Positions 1-11,753 of a DNA stretch of 64,000 bases are shown one piece after another; positions within the stretch are counted from its first letter, which is position 1; the number at the start of each line of letters is the position of its first letter. Source of the stretch: Mantamonas sphyraenae STR306. Lineage: Eukaryota; Protista; CRuMs. Position numbers and translations under genes: made by a program. The stretch covers positions 186,001-250,000 of the forward strand of contig JAPMXV010000006.1 in assembly GCA_026936335.1 (NCBI GenBank), in the 5' to 3' direction. A model generated the notes under the pieces. That model did no database searches. It was not told the origin of the DNA and saw only the letters and a list, made by a program, of their open reading frames with translations.

Positions 1-1356
1 CCGGCACGTCCTGCACGCTGGGTGGCACTGGCCTTGGACACAGGCACGGTTTGCAAGGACTGCACTCCGGTGCTGCCTGTGTACCGCCGTTCCTTGACGA
101 AGCCGCAGTCGACAACGTAGGCAATGCCATCGATGGTGACGGAGGTCTCTGCCACGTTTGTGGAAACAATGATTTTGCGCTGGCCTTTGGGTGTGGGTTC
201 AAACACGCCCAGTTGCTCGTTGCGCGGCAGCCCTGCGTACAGGGGCAGGATCAGCATGGTGTGACTCGTGTTTGCGTCGCGTGCAGCTTCTTGCAGCGCC
301 TCACACACCTGTACAATGTCGCTCTGGCCTGGAAGAAAGGCAAGAACGTCGCCGTGGGGCTCTGCTACGTGGATCTGCATGATCACATCGACACAATGGC
401 GCACGTAATCCTTGCATGGCTCCTCCAAGAACTGGATGTCCACCGGAAACATGGATCCCTTGACAGAGAGCATCCCGACGCCGTCGCGGGACTCTTCGTC
501 CACAGAAAAGTAGCGTGCAAAGTCGTCGGCGTCCAGGGTGGCCGAGGAGACAATGACGCGCAGGTCGTGGCGTCGCTGCAGGATCTTGCTCAGCAAACCC
601 AGCAGGATGTCTGTGTACAGAGAGCGTTCGTGGGCCTCATCCACAATCACCACGGAGTATTGGCCAAGCAGCGGGTCGCTCATGATCTCGCGCACAAGCA
701 TGCCGTCGGTGACAAACTTGAGGCGTGTGTCTGCGGTGGACCAGCGCTCGTCCAGACGCACAGAGTAGCCCACAAGTGACCCAAGCTCAGAACCGGTTTC
801 TTGAGCCACGCGGGCGGCCACTGAGATGGCAGCGATGCGTCTCGGCTGCGTGCACGCCACGCGAAAGCCATTCTCAGTCCAGCCTGCTTGGTGCAGGTAC
901 TGAGGAACCTCTGTGAGGCGCACGGGTGAGCAAAATGGTGTGAGCGGCCTGGCGACAGTGTACTTTGTACCTTTCATCATTGTTATCGTGTCTGGACAGA
1001 GTGTGGGCGGGTCTATCGCTCAACGTACGCGTGGTCTTGCCGCTACCAGTCTCGCCCACGAGAATCACCACCTGGTTAGCTTCCAGGAGAAAGAGCAGCT
1101 CACGGCGACTCTTGGCAATGGGCAACTCAGGCGTGTAATGGGAGCTGCTGCTGCTGGAGCTGCTGCTGGAGCTGTTGCTAGCCGGCTGGCTGCTGTGGGA
1201 CGCCCAGGCGGCGGGGGTCATGCCCGAGGACGAAGCGGAAAGCGAGTCGCCAAGGAGAGCATCGTCGGAGAGTGCAGAGGAGGACAGGAGGCTGGTGACG
1301 CCTGTGTGGATGGCCCCAAAGGGCTTTGGGACGGAGGATGTGACGGGGCGAAAGAT
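1..1356 (-). CDS. DHX35: DEAH-box RNA helicase, DHX35-like (3' end runs off window; start uncertain, 1356 or 1221)
   Basis: Spliced translation (intron 911-1028, GTACGT...CACAG) gives [74 protein letters not shown] and QRAGRAG. These are DEAH motifs I-VI, with DHX35-like context. Confidence 0.8.
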
Positions 1357-1444
1357 GGTGGCGGGAGGTGGGAAGTGGCTTTTTTGCGCGTGGCGGCGAC
1401 TGCGCTGTGGCGTCCATCGAAACACAACAACCGACCACGAAAGC

Positions 1445-2467
1445 ATGAGCTCCACGGGTATTGCTGCCACCGTCAAGGACGTGCCTGCCATCGACTTTAT
1501 CAACGCGTATGCCGCTCATCTGCAGAAGCAGGGCAAGCTGCAGCTGCCCAAGGGTGTGGATATGATCAAGACGGCCACGTGGAAGGAGCTGAGCCCGTAT
1601 GACGACAACTGGTTCTACGTGCGCGCTGGTACGTGACCCTACAGAAAGCGAGACGTGTGTGTGGGCCGCGTGAGGGCGCGTTTTGTGCGCGCCTTGCATT
1701 TTTTGCAAGAGCGACGCTCGCGCCTCGCCTTGGCCCGCTCCGTTTTTCCCTCCCCATGGCTCGCCCCTGGGCACACTCTGTCCTTGAGGCCTATGCAGAT
1801 GCTCTGTGGGCATACCATGCGTGTGTACATCTGCGCGTGGGTGTCCACAGAGGATCGAGGCAGGGAGCAGGGCCTGCCGCGTGTGTGCGAGGCGCATGCA
1901 TTTTGTCCAGCCCCGTTTTTCAAACACCCACCGTCGCTTACACACACACGCACTCTCCAGCTTCGATCGCCCGCAAGGTGTACATCCGCCCCGGTGTTGG
2001 TGTCGGTGGCCTCAAGAAGGTGTACGGCGGTAGTGTGAACCGCGGTGTCCGCCCGAGTGAGTTTTGGCCCTCTCTTTTCGCCTCATGCACCGCTTGGTTG
2101 CAAATCGGCTCCCTGCCCTCCACCCAGAGCGCTGCCGCAGCTGTGTTTGCGCTGGACGGCATGTCCAGTGCACACCCATGTGGCCCTGCGCAAGATGGCC
2201 ATCGCCTATGCCCCTCTTCGTACCTACAGCGCGTGCAATGTGCTCACACCCCACCCTCGCGATTTATCCACGTTTCACACAGGCCACTTTGGCAAGTCGG
2301 CTGGTGGCCACATCCGCCTGGCCCTCAAGGGACTCGAGGACCTCGGCATTGTGCAGGTGAACAAGAAGGGTGGCCGTGTCATCACCCAGAAGGGCCAGAC
2401 CGATCTGGACCGCATTGCTGCCCAGGTTGCTCTGCAGCGCCAGTCCGTCAACCCTCTGGACATCTAA
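1445..2467 (+). CDS. RPS19: 40S ribosomal protein S19 (eS19), 3 exons (1445-1628, 1961-2056, 2283-2467)
   Basis: TVKDVPA...[39 protein letters not shown]...RPSHFGKSAGGHIRLALKGLE...GRVITQKGQTDLDRIA. Canonical GT-AG introns. Confidence 0.97.
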
Positions 2468-2685
2468 GCTGTCTCTTGGGAACACTGATGAATACAACCC
2501 CACCATTTGATCACCACAGAGTGTGTTTGTTGGTAGTTGCAAACGAGGCTTTCTTCCAAAGAAGATGGACGGCAACCGCACGAACACAGGTGCAACAACA
2601 ACAACAACAACTAGCTTGTCGTTGATGTCCAGGACTCTTTTGGTAATGTGTATTCATTTGCTATTGGCTTGGGCCCTGTAGCAGT

Positions 2686-3330
2686 TTAGCAGGCGGTGGC
2701 AGCACCAACCGAGGCCGGGTCGGCGATGAGGATGATGGCCGCAATGGTGGCCAGCACAACCAGCACGCTGTTGAACGTGTACGACACAGACTGCACAAAG
2801 TACACACGCGTCAGCGTGGCAAAGGCAAACAGCATGCGGCGGATGCCCGGGCCGTTCACCTCGGCCAGCTCCCGGATCAGGCGAGCGCACTTGATCAGCG
2901 TGTAACCAACAATCAGCTGCACGCTGGCGTCAATGAAGCCGCCCACAAGGTTCACAATCGCTCCATCTGCAGCACCGCAGGCACCCAGACGAGCCGCACC
3001 CAGAGCCAGCAGGAAGTAGCGGCACACACCCAGCACAATCGACACAATGCCCACCCAGCGCATCCAGCGCGACAGGCGCATCCACACTGCGTCCATCTTG
3101 TCGTCAAAAGTGTACTCCTGGTTGTCCGGCACAAAGTCCTCCGGAACAGCCATCATCGGGTTGCGCACCATCTGCAAGTCCTGCCACCACGTGTTCACAC
3201 CGTCGCCCACGGCGCCCACGGCGTTGACGGCTCCGCCGACCACTGCGTTGCCGCCGGTCTCCTTCTTGCCGTTGTCGCTGTTGTTGTTGTTCTCGTTGTT
3301 GTTGTTGGCAGGCGCAGCGTTCTCAGACAT
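2686..3330 (-). CDS. Small multi-pass membrane protein, DUF5362-like (tentative)
   Basis: Low-complexity N-terminus, then ~3 hydrophobic helices. The pattern LSRWMRWVGIVSIVLG...YTLIKCARLIREL...FAFATLTRVY recalls DUF5362. ATG is preceded by a splice acceptor at 3341. Confidence 0.55.
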   Translation of the reverse strand: MSENAAPANNNNENNNNSDNGKKETGGNAVVGGAVNAVGAVGDGVNTWWQDLQMVRNPMMAVPEDFVPDNQEYTFDDKMDAVWMRLSRWMRWVGIVSIVLGVCRYFLLALGAARLGACGAADGAIVNLVGGFIDASVQLIVGYTLIKCARLIRELAEVNGPGIRRMLFAFATLTRVYFVQSVSYTFNSVLVVLATIAAIILIADPASVGAATAC

Positions 3331-3340
3331 CTCTTTTAGT

Positions 3341-4098
3341 CTGCGAGCGACAGAGAGAGAGAGCACCCAATTTCTGTGTCAGAAGGGAGTGTACAGTGCG
3401 CACAGAGGAACGAGGGAGGAGCAAGAGGATACTTCACGCGTGCTCTCTACTTTTCCCACTCCATGTCCACGCGTATGCCCATCCCCACAGCAAACTGCCG
3501 CTTTTGGGGGTTGGTTTTTCCGGCAACACATTCGTTTTCGTCCCCAGTTTCCTCCGCAAACGCACTCCCAACCGGCTCACGCCAGTCTGGCAGATGCATA
3601 CACAGCAGAACCCATGCGCAAGGCTGCATTGGGTGGCTCCAGCAGGTTGGGTCGCTTTCTGTTTGATGCTTTCCATGTGGCAAGTCACCGGAAAGCCGGA
3701 TAGCTCGGGGAACGTTGTGGCCGTTACCGTTTTCGCTGGCTGGGGCCGTTTTCCCCGTTGCGGAGGCACCACACGACATGCACAGACATACATCACAGCC
3801 TCCCATATATCCTGGTTGGGTATCATTCCATCCATTCTGCCTGTTGCCTGCCACGCAGCATGTGCCCACGTGTGTGTGGCGCTGCAGGTGGCGTTCAAGG
3901 AGACAAAGAGCCGTTGGCAATCTTCGGCGGCTGGCTGGTCGCCGGCAAGCCACAGACTACACAGCACTCTCCTGCAACCACACGCCATGTTGACATGTGG
4001 ACATACAGTGATTACATGCAGACCGGGTGGGTGCGAGACAGACTGTGGGTCTGCATGGCCGTGCAAGGGGAATATCAACAAAGGGTGTCAAAACTCAC
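3341..4098 (-). other. Probable long 5'-UTR intron (758 nt) of the 2686-3330 gene
   Basis: Minus strand: A/C-rich leader gccaaaagcaacaaaacctcgc|GTGAGT donor at 4098; CTGAC branch-like site near 3380; (CT)n tract ending CGCAG| at 3341, 10 nt before the ATG. No credible ORF in between. Confidence 0.55.
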
Positions 4099-4242
4099 GC
4101 GAGGTTTTGTTGCTTTTGGCTTGACACGACCGTCGCAGCGCATCCACCCTCACCCACATACTCATCCGTGCTTCCAACTTGCCCCAGATCGCGTTGTCTC
4201 CTACAGCCACACACATACACACACACACACGTCACACACACG

Positions 4243-5102
<860 letters not shown>

Positions 5103-5265
5103 GGCGTCGAGAAACCGGTCGAATTGGCCCAGCGGGCGTCGGGGAATCCGAGGCCACAACCGAGGCCCACCATCCATGTGAAGTCCCAGAAAGTGGTGGG
5201 AACGGCGCTTCTGTTGCGTTTGGGTGACAAAGCGATGCGCGCGTGCACGCATCAGAACACCCATC

Positions 5266-8200
5266 ATGCGTCAATCGGGTCGCGGCCACGGTTCGGAAGG
5301 GACAGGCTTTCGTGTGCAGATGTGGCACATGCTGGTGCTGTTCACCCTGTTCACGGTGTTCTTCTTTGTTATGTTTGGCACCCACGAGCAGCAGTTGGAC
5401 CACCGCGCCGCACAGGCGAAACGAGAGCCCCGAAAGTCCATTGCAGACGACGCCATGCCCATGACCCATCCGGTCGTTCCTGACTTTATGGATCCGGCCA
5501 CACCCACCAAGGACTCGGAGAAGGGAGACGACTCGGCAGACGGCGCCACTCCGCGCGTGCGAGGTGTCAAGGACGAGGAGGACGAAGACGACCTGGGTGT
5601 GCTGGCCGCAGCCCACGCGGCCGCCGTCAACCAGAGCCAGCATTTGGCCTCTCTGGAAAGGGTGAGCATACATCCACACCCACACAGTGGCAAGAGGGTT
5701 GTCCATGCCTGCGGGGGAGGTGCGTGCAGTGACTCACACCCAGGGGATGGTGTGCCGTTGCGCAGGAACTGCGTGTGTGGAAACGGCGAGTCGAGTCGCT
5801 GCGAATGCAAAAGTTGTCCATTACACGGGAATATGACATTGCACAGGAGGAGCTGCGCAAGAGCGAAGACAGAGCAACCCTGTTGGATGTCAAACTGCAG
5901 GCGGCCGAAAGCAAACTTGCCAAGAGCGTGTCCAAAGGGCGTGCGTGCAGCCGCGACGCACAGCAGCTGAAGATCCAGCTCGCACGTGTCAAGCAGGGGT
6001 CCACGGCCGCCGCCAACGCCCCCAGCGACCGAAACAGTGCCAGTGACGCCAAAAACCAGAGGGCCACGGCCACACGCCCCAACGCCGCGGACGACACAGG
6101 GTACGAGCAGGATAGCGAGTCGCTGACGGAACAGGCCAACGCGACGCCACCGCAGCTGCTCAAGGGGTTGGATATGCTTCTGGAAACATCGCACCCGGAA
6201 GTGAGCATTGTGGTGCCCGTGGAGGCAACTGCCTGTGAGCAGCTGGAACAGCAGCAGCAGCAGCAGCAGCGGCAGAACGACGACGGAAAGGCGCAGCCAT
6301 CCAAGTGTGTGAAGCGTGTGCGTGGTCTGCTGTTCAGCATGTTGGGCACTCTGGAGCAAGTAAGCATCCCGTTTGAGGTGCTTGTGGTCACCGACAGTGC
6401 GGCCATGGCGGAGAAGCTGCAGGCATTGCATCTGCCCAAGGGCCATGAGCAGCTGCGTAAAGTGTACAACAAGCTGGTGACAGTGCGCCACATGACCAGT
6501 GTCGATGCTTCCACCACCACCACCACCACCACCACCACCACAAACACCAACACCGCAAAGGAGACACGCATGGGGTGGGGTACCCTGTGCAACAAGGCCA
6601 TGGAAAAGGCACGTGCACGTCATGTGCTGTTTGTGTCTCCCTCTGTGGTGTTTTCCAGGTTCCATTTGCGTGGCGACTGGCTCAAGCGCATCACGGGTGC
6701 CATGCGACCACCGCAATCTTCGGCCCAGGCCCACGACCACGACGACCACGAGGCACCGACCCCGGGCCTCCTGGGCTTCAAACTTCTCGGCTTTCCGCGT
6801 CCAGGCACCTCCAAGGGTGAGAATGCACGCACGGCGTCGCCCATTGTGTACAGCGCGGGCGTGGAGTACGCCATGGCTCCCGAGTTTCTGGTCCAACAGG
6901 CCGGCGGCGCCGCCACCGGCATGGGCTGGCACTCGTACAAAGGACGGCAACTGCTGCAAGCACGCAACCTGCCAGGCTCTGTGGCCGCGGTAGGCATGCG
7001 TGATCTGCTTTCCCGTGCCCTACCATCGCCTGTCCGGGTTCAACTTTCGCGATCGGCGCGCAGGTATGGCCCAGGCCGACGTGGCTGGAGTCTCTTCGGC
7101 CCTGTTTGTGGTCAGTCGCCATGTGTTCCACCTTGTGGGTGGGTTCAACACGCAGTACGCCTCGCTGGACGGCCAAATGGAGGTGCTGGACTTTGCACTC
7201 AAAGTGCGCACGCAGACGGAACATTCGGTGGCATATTCGCCTGCCTTTGTCGGCGTCTTTCTCGATTCCGACCAAACGGCCACCCAAACCCAGTTGCCCG
7301 ACCGCTTCAGTTTGCTGTTCCATGTCGGCCACCGGGTTGTGTCTGCACGCGTCAAGCAGGCCGTCGATACCTTCTACGCACACTGGAAGGCCCTGTTGGA
7401 AAGCATGGTGCGTCGTCAGTACACCCTGGACGACCTCACTGTCGTCTGGGACACGTACAGTGGCTGCAGCGGTGTCAACGTGGAGGCCATCAACTTTGCT
7501 GCCCAACTCGAGCGCCGCCTGCCCCTGAAGCTTGTTGGGGCACCCGACAGCTTCTGCCGTGGCTTCCCCGAGGCTGTGCAACAACAGCTCAACCGGGCAG
7601 CCAGCAAGCGCGCGTTTGCACAGGTCAACGTGTGGGTGGCCCACAAGCCGCCGCCCTCGTATCCCAAGTTTCCGTATCGGGGCCTGGTGACAGTGGAGCA
7701 GCGGCCCGACTATGTGATTGGCCGCAGCATGACGGAAACCGACGCAATCTCGCGGGCCTGGGCACAAAAGAGCAGTTTGGTGGATGAGATCTGGCTGCCG
7801 TCCTCCTTCCTGGTGGATGTGTTTGCCGACGGCGGCGTGCCGCGCAACAAGCTGCGTGTGATCCCAGAGCCCATCGACGTCAACATGTACGATCCGTCCA
7901 TTACGGTGCCGCTGCGGTTGCCGGGCGAGAAGCTGCACCCGGACAACTTCAAGTTCCTGTCTGTGTTCAAGATGGAGGAGCGCAAGGGTTGGGATCTGCT
8001 GCTGGAGGCGTACTTTAGCGAGTTTAGCGCAAAGGACCCCGTGTCTTTGGTCATGCACACCTACCTGTACAACGAACGGGACGCACGCAATGTAGCGCGT
8101 GTGCGGGCGCGCATCCAGCGACACATCGACTCAAAGCTGGGCCGTGTGACGCAGGGCAAGAAGCTGGCCCATTGGGAGGTGATCAGCCAGGAGATGGACA

Positions 8201-9009
8201 GCACACAGATGCCGCGCATGTACAAGGCGGCCGACGCGTTTGTGTTGCCGACCCGAGGCGAGGGCTTTGGGCTCCCGCTGCTGGAAGCCATGGCCATGGG
8301 GCTGCCCACAATTGCCACCAACTTTAGCGGCAACACAGATTTCATGAAGGAGGACAACTCGTACCTGATCGAGGTGGAGGCCATGGAGCCTGTGCAACGC
8401 GGGATCGGACTCGTTGGCCGCTGGGCTCGGCCCAGTGTCACCCACCTGCGCACTCTGATGCGTCGCGTGATGGAACAGCGCAAAGAGGCAGCCGACAAAG
8501 GAGAGCGTGCACGCAAGTTTGTCAGCGAGCACCTGTCCCAGGAGGCCGTGGCCAAAACAGTCCTCGATCGCCTGGGCGCCATCCGCAACGAGCTGCAACA
8601 AAAGTCGCACACAGGAAAGAGCGGCAGCGGCAACGGGGACGCTTCGGTGCCTCGAACAAGCGTGCAGGATGATGTCGACCAGGCCATGGAGGATGCACGC
8701 CAGCAGCGAGGCAGCGGAACCAAAGGGGCCTTTGACGCGTTTCGCGCACGCTTCAACGAGGAGCGCAGGAGGAGACAGGCAAATGGCACACCAAAGGAAC
8801 GCCACGATGGTATGACGACTGCCAACACGCAGCAGATGCGACAGAAGCGTGTGCCAGACCAGCAAGAGCCGCTGGATGCGTTTGATGGCGACGACGCAGG
8901 GGTGGATGGGCCTCCCCAGCGACGCGGCCGTCAGGAAGAGCCATTGCAAGAGGAAGGTGAGGAGGAGGACGACGGATGGGAAGGGGGTGAGGCCGATGGC
9001 TGGGAGTGA
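5266..9009 (+). CDS. Type II membrane glycosyltransferase: TM anchor, coiled-coil stem, GT2-like (GT-A) domain and GT4 (GT-B) domain; intron 5662-5765; apparent +1 frameshift near 7010
   Basis: N-terminal TM VLFTLFTVFFFVMFG. GT2-like tail SAGV...PYHRLSG...VSSALFVVSRHVFHLVGGFN...LDFALK. GT4 motifs MTETD, DEIWLPS, RKGWDLLL and FVLPTRGEGFGLPLLEAMAMGLPTIAT (E-x7-E). Confidence 0.8.
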
Positions 9010-9090
9010 GCAGAGGGTTGAAAAAATGGAGCAGTGCTGAATTGCCTCCGCACGCGCCACACGGGTGTGCCTGCCCGAGTTGCAAAACGT

Positions 9091-9838
9091 CTATGCAGAG
9101 CCCTTGGTTGTGGTTGTCTTTTGGGAGTCTGTGTTGAGCACGATGGAGAATGTACAGGAAGGCAGGGTGTCGATCTCAACGGTGACCTCTGCCTGCAGGC
9201 CCAAGTTTTGCAGGGCGCCCCTGATCAAGCCGCAGGGAAAAGCCACATAGGGGGCAGCCAGTTCGGTGGCGTTCTCGTTGTTCGAGGTACTGAAGCGCTT
9301 GAGCCACTGAAAGTCGTTGTCTAGCAGCACGTAGGTGCCCTGCAGTTGTGGAGGGAGAGGGTCAGCCTCACAGAGGGCCACCCAACAGGGTGCACGGGCA
9401 CGTGTGGCAGTGGCAAAGGAACGCGGAGGAGGTGCTCAACGTGCACACCGCCCATGGATGGGGCTTACCTTGTGGTTTGTGCGCAAATTGTCCACGTTCT
9501 TTGCAAAGACCGTGTGCCACAGATCCTTGCACACGAACTTCATGATGTCGAGCGAGTCTGTAAACGGGCTGCGGTTCACGGTGAGGCTATACAAACGGGG
9601 CCACATGGCACACGGGGATCGATGCACGCGTGAGTATGTGCACTGTCTCCTCCACGTCTCGCACATAAACATACCGTTCCACAAGGCGCTGACCCACAGA
9701 AAAGCCCATCTTCTCCAAGGTGATGAACGCCGCGTCCTTGCTGTCTGACTCGCGAAGCAGCGTGCGCACCATTTCCGTGACCAGAAAGTCCATGCAACTG
9801 GCTGCCACCTCTTTCTTGGCCGACCGTTTGGTGCTCAT
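9091..9838 (-). CDS. TRAPPC6: TRAPP complex subunit 6 (Trs33), 3 exons
   Basis: LEKMGFSVGQRLVER...LDIMKFVCKDLW..VFAKNVDNLRTNHKGTYVLLDNDF...AFPCGLIRGALQNLG. Introns 9587-9674 and 9340-9468. Confidence 0.95.
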
Positions 9839-10392
9839 GGAATCCGAGGAAGTGGCGTGACGACGGGTTGGTGCGCGATTCGCGGACCCCATCACCAGCA
9901 CACCAGACATGAGTGGGCGATCCACACTCACACACGTATGCATAGGAACCAGTTCCACTGTGTGTATGCAGAGAACAAGCATGGGATGTGATTCTGCGCC
10001 ACGGAACGCAATCGAACCCGAGTCGCCGGCTGAAAAGCACACAACCTGCCTTCAACATGTTTGCCCGCCGCTCAAACGCCTCCTCCCAGGTCGCTTCCTT
10101 GCTCCAAACAACCATGCAACGAGCGGTTCGGCCCGGAACACACCGCACCACGATGGTGTGCTCAGCCATCCATCGCTCGGGCCATGTGCACGGGCATGCG
10201 TCGTTGCATCAACACACAAAGCCCTTGTTGGCAAGGACATGGACATGGACCCAAGCCGGAATCGGTTCGGAGGGTTTTGCAAAGCAGAGCCAGAAGACCG
10301 GGCATTGGCAAGCTTCAAAATCCGGTCTGGCGGGTTTGCGCAGAACGCACCAACAAATTGCTCCAGCAACTCGAATCCAAACAGCAACCATC

Positions 10393-11672
10393 ATGTCTAC
10401 ATCTCCCAATCACGAAAGCACAGCCAAGCACACATCGCTGACGGACACCGACGACGATGGCTCGTTCAAGCGCAAAGCGAGCACGTTCCGCAACTTTATC
10501 ACCAAAGACGGCGAGTACCCGCCCGAAGCGAATCGGTACCACCTGTACATTTGCTATGCATGCCCTTGGGTACGTTGTCGCGTGATTCCACCTCGCCACA
10601 TGTCCGCGAGAGCGTGTTCTTCGCGGAGACTTTTCGTGTCGCGTCTCGACCACCCTTGCGCCATTCCGGCTTGCTGACAAGTTGCCACCGGAAAAACTCT
10701 CCGTACCCCTTCGTCCCATCCCACAGGCTTGCCGCACCCTGATGGTCCGCGCATTCAAGGGTCTGGAAGACGTCATCAGCGTCGATGTGGTCAACCCCAT
10801 CTTCAGCGAATATGTAAGTGGTGCTGGTGTCGAGCGGCCACCAGCGGACAAACGCAACTTTGGCAAAGTTGCACAAAAACGGTCTCTCTTGCTCACACAA
10901 CGCCTCCACACAGGGATGGACCTTTGCCAAGGACGACGAATTCCCCGAGATCACGGGCGACACCATCAACGGCCACAAGTACATGCGCGACCTGTATCTG
11001 GAGCAGAACCCGGAGTACGACGGACGCTACACCGTCCCTGTGCTCTTTGACAAGAAGACCAACACCATCGTGAACAACGAATCGTCAGAGATCATCCGCA
11101 TGCTCAACACCGAGTTCAATGACCTGGCCACACGCAACCAGGACGTAGATCTGTATCCGGCCAAGCTCCAGGCACAGATCGACGAGATCAACGACTGGGT
11201 GTACGACAACATCAACAACGGCGTGTACAAGTGCGGCTTTGCCACCACCCAGAAAGCGTACGACAAGGCCTTTGACGCCCTGTTTGAGCACTTGGACAAG
11301 GTGGAGGAGATCCTGTCCAAGAACCGCTGGCTCACAGGCGACTACTTCACCGAGGCCGACTTGCGCCTCTTTGTCACCATTGTGCGCTTCGACCCGGTGT
11401 ACGTGCAGCACTTCAAGACCAACCTCAACCGCATCATCGACTATCCCAACCTCAACAACTGGCAGCGCGAGGTCTACCAGCTCGACGGCTTTGCCGACAC
11501 CGTCAACATGGAACACATCAAGAACCATTACATGCGCTCCCACGCCACCATCAACCCCAAGGGCATTGTCGCACGCGGCCCCAGGGATGTTCTCCTCAAT
11601 CTTACCGCATCTCACGACCGCGCCCAGTTTGGCAGCAGCGAGAAGGTCTCGTTCTTGACCTCCCAAGAGTGA
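10393..11672 (+). CDS. Glutathionyl-hydroquinone reductase (GST Xi / ECM4-YqjG family), 3 exons
   Basis: DGSFKRKASTFRNFI...RYHLYICYACPWACRTL, YDGRYTVPVLFDKKTNTIVNNESSEIIRM, INNGVYKCGFA, RFDPVYVQHFK, HIKNHYMRSH..INPKGIV. Confidence 0.93.
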
Positions 11673-11753
11673 GGAGGAACGGTTTTGCAAATACATCCAT
11701 TCGTTGAACTCCCATTGAAATCCCCCCCCCCCCCAATTCGAATCCGCAGCCCC

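Noticed and set aside
3368-3766. snRNA, SRP, RNase P/MRP, telomerase RNA or TPP riboswitch
   Set aside because: Only isolated fragments (AATTTCTG, GGAAAG, AGCAG) are present; the diagnostic conserved boxes were not found on either strand.
3463-4124. Plus-strand spliced mini-gene (ATG 3463, GTATGC 3473, CCCCAG 3547)
   Set aside because: The product is Cys/Ser/His-scattered with no codon bias or recognisable motif; the minus-strand UTR-intron reading has stronger splice signals.
6891-7063. Intron explaining the frame change in the GT2-GT4 gene
   Set aside because: The GTAGGC (6990) to CAG (7063) pair is phase-incompatible and would delete the PYHRLSG motif. The phase-compatible GTCCAA (6891) donor is atypical and the sequence looks coding.
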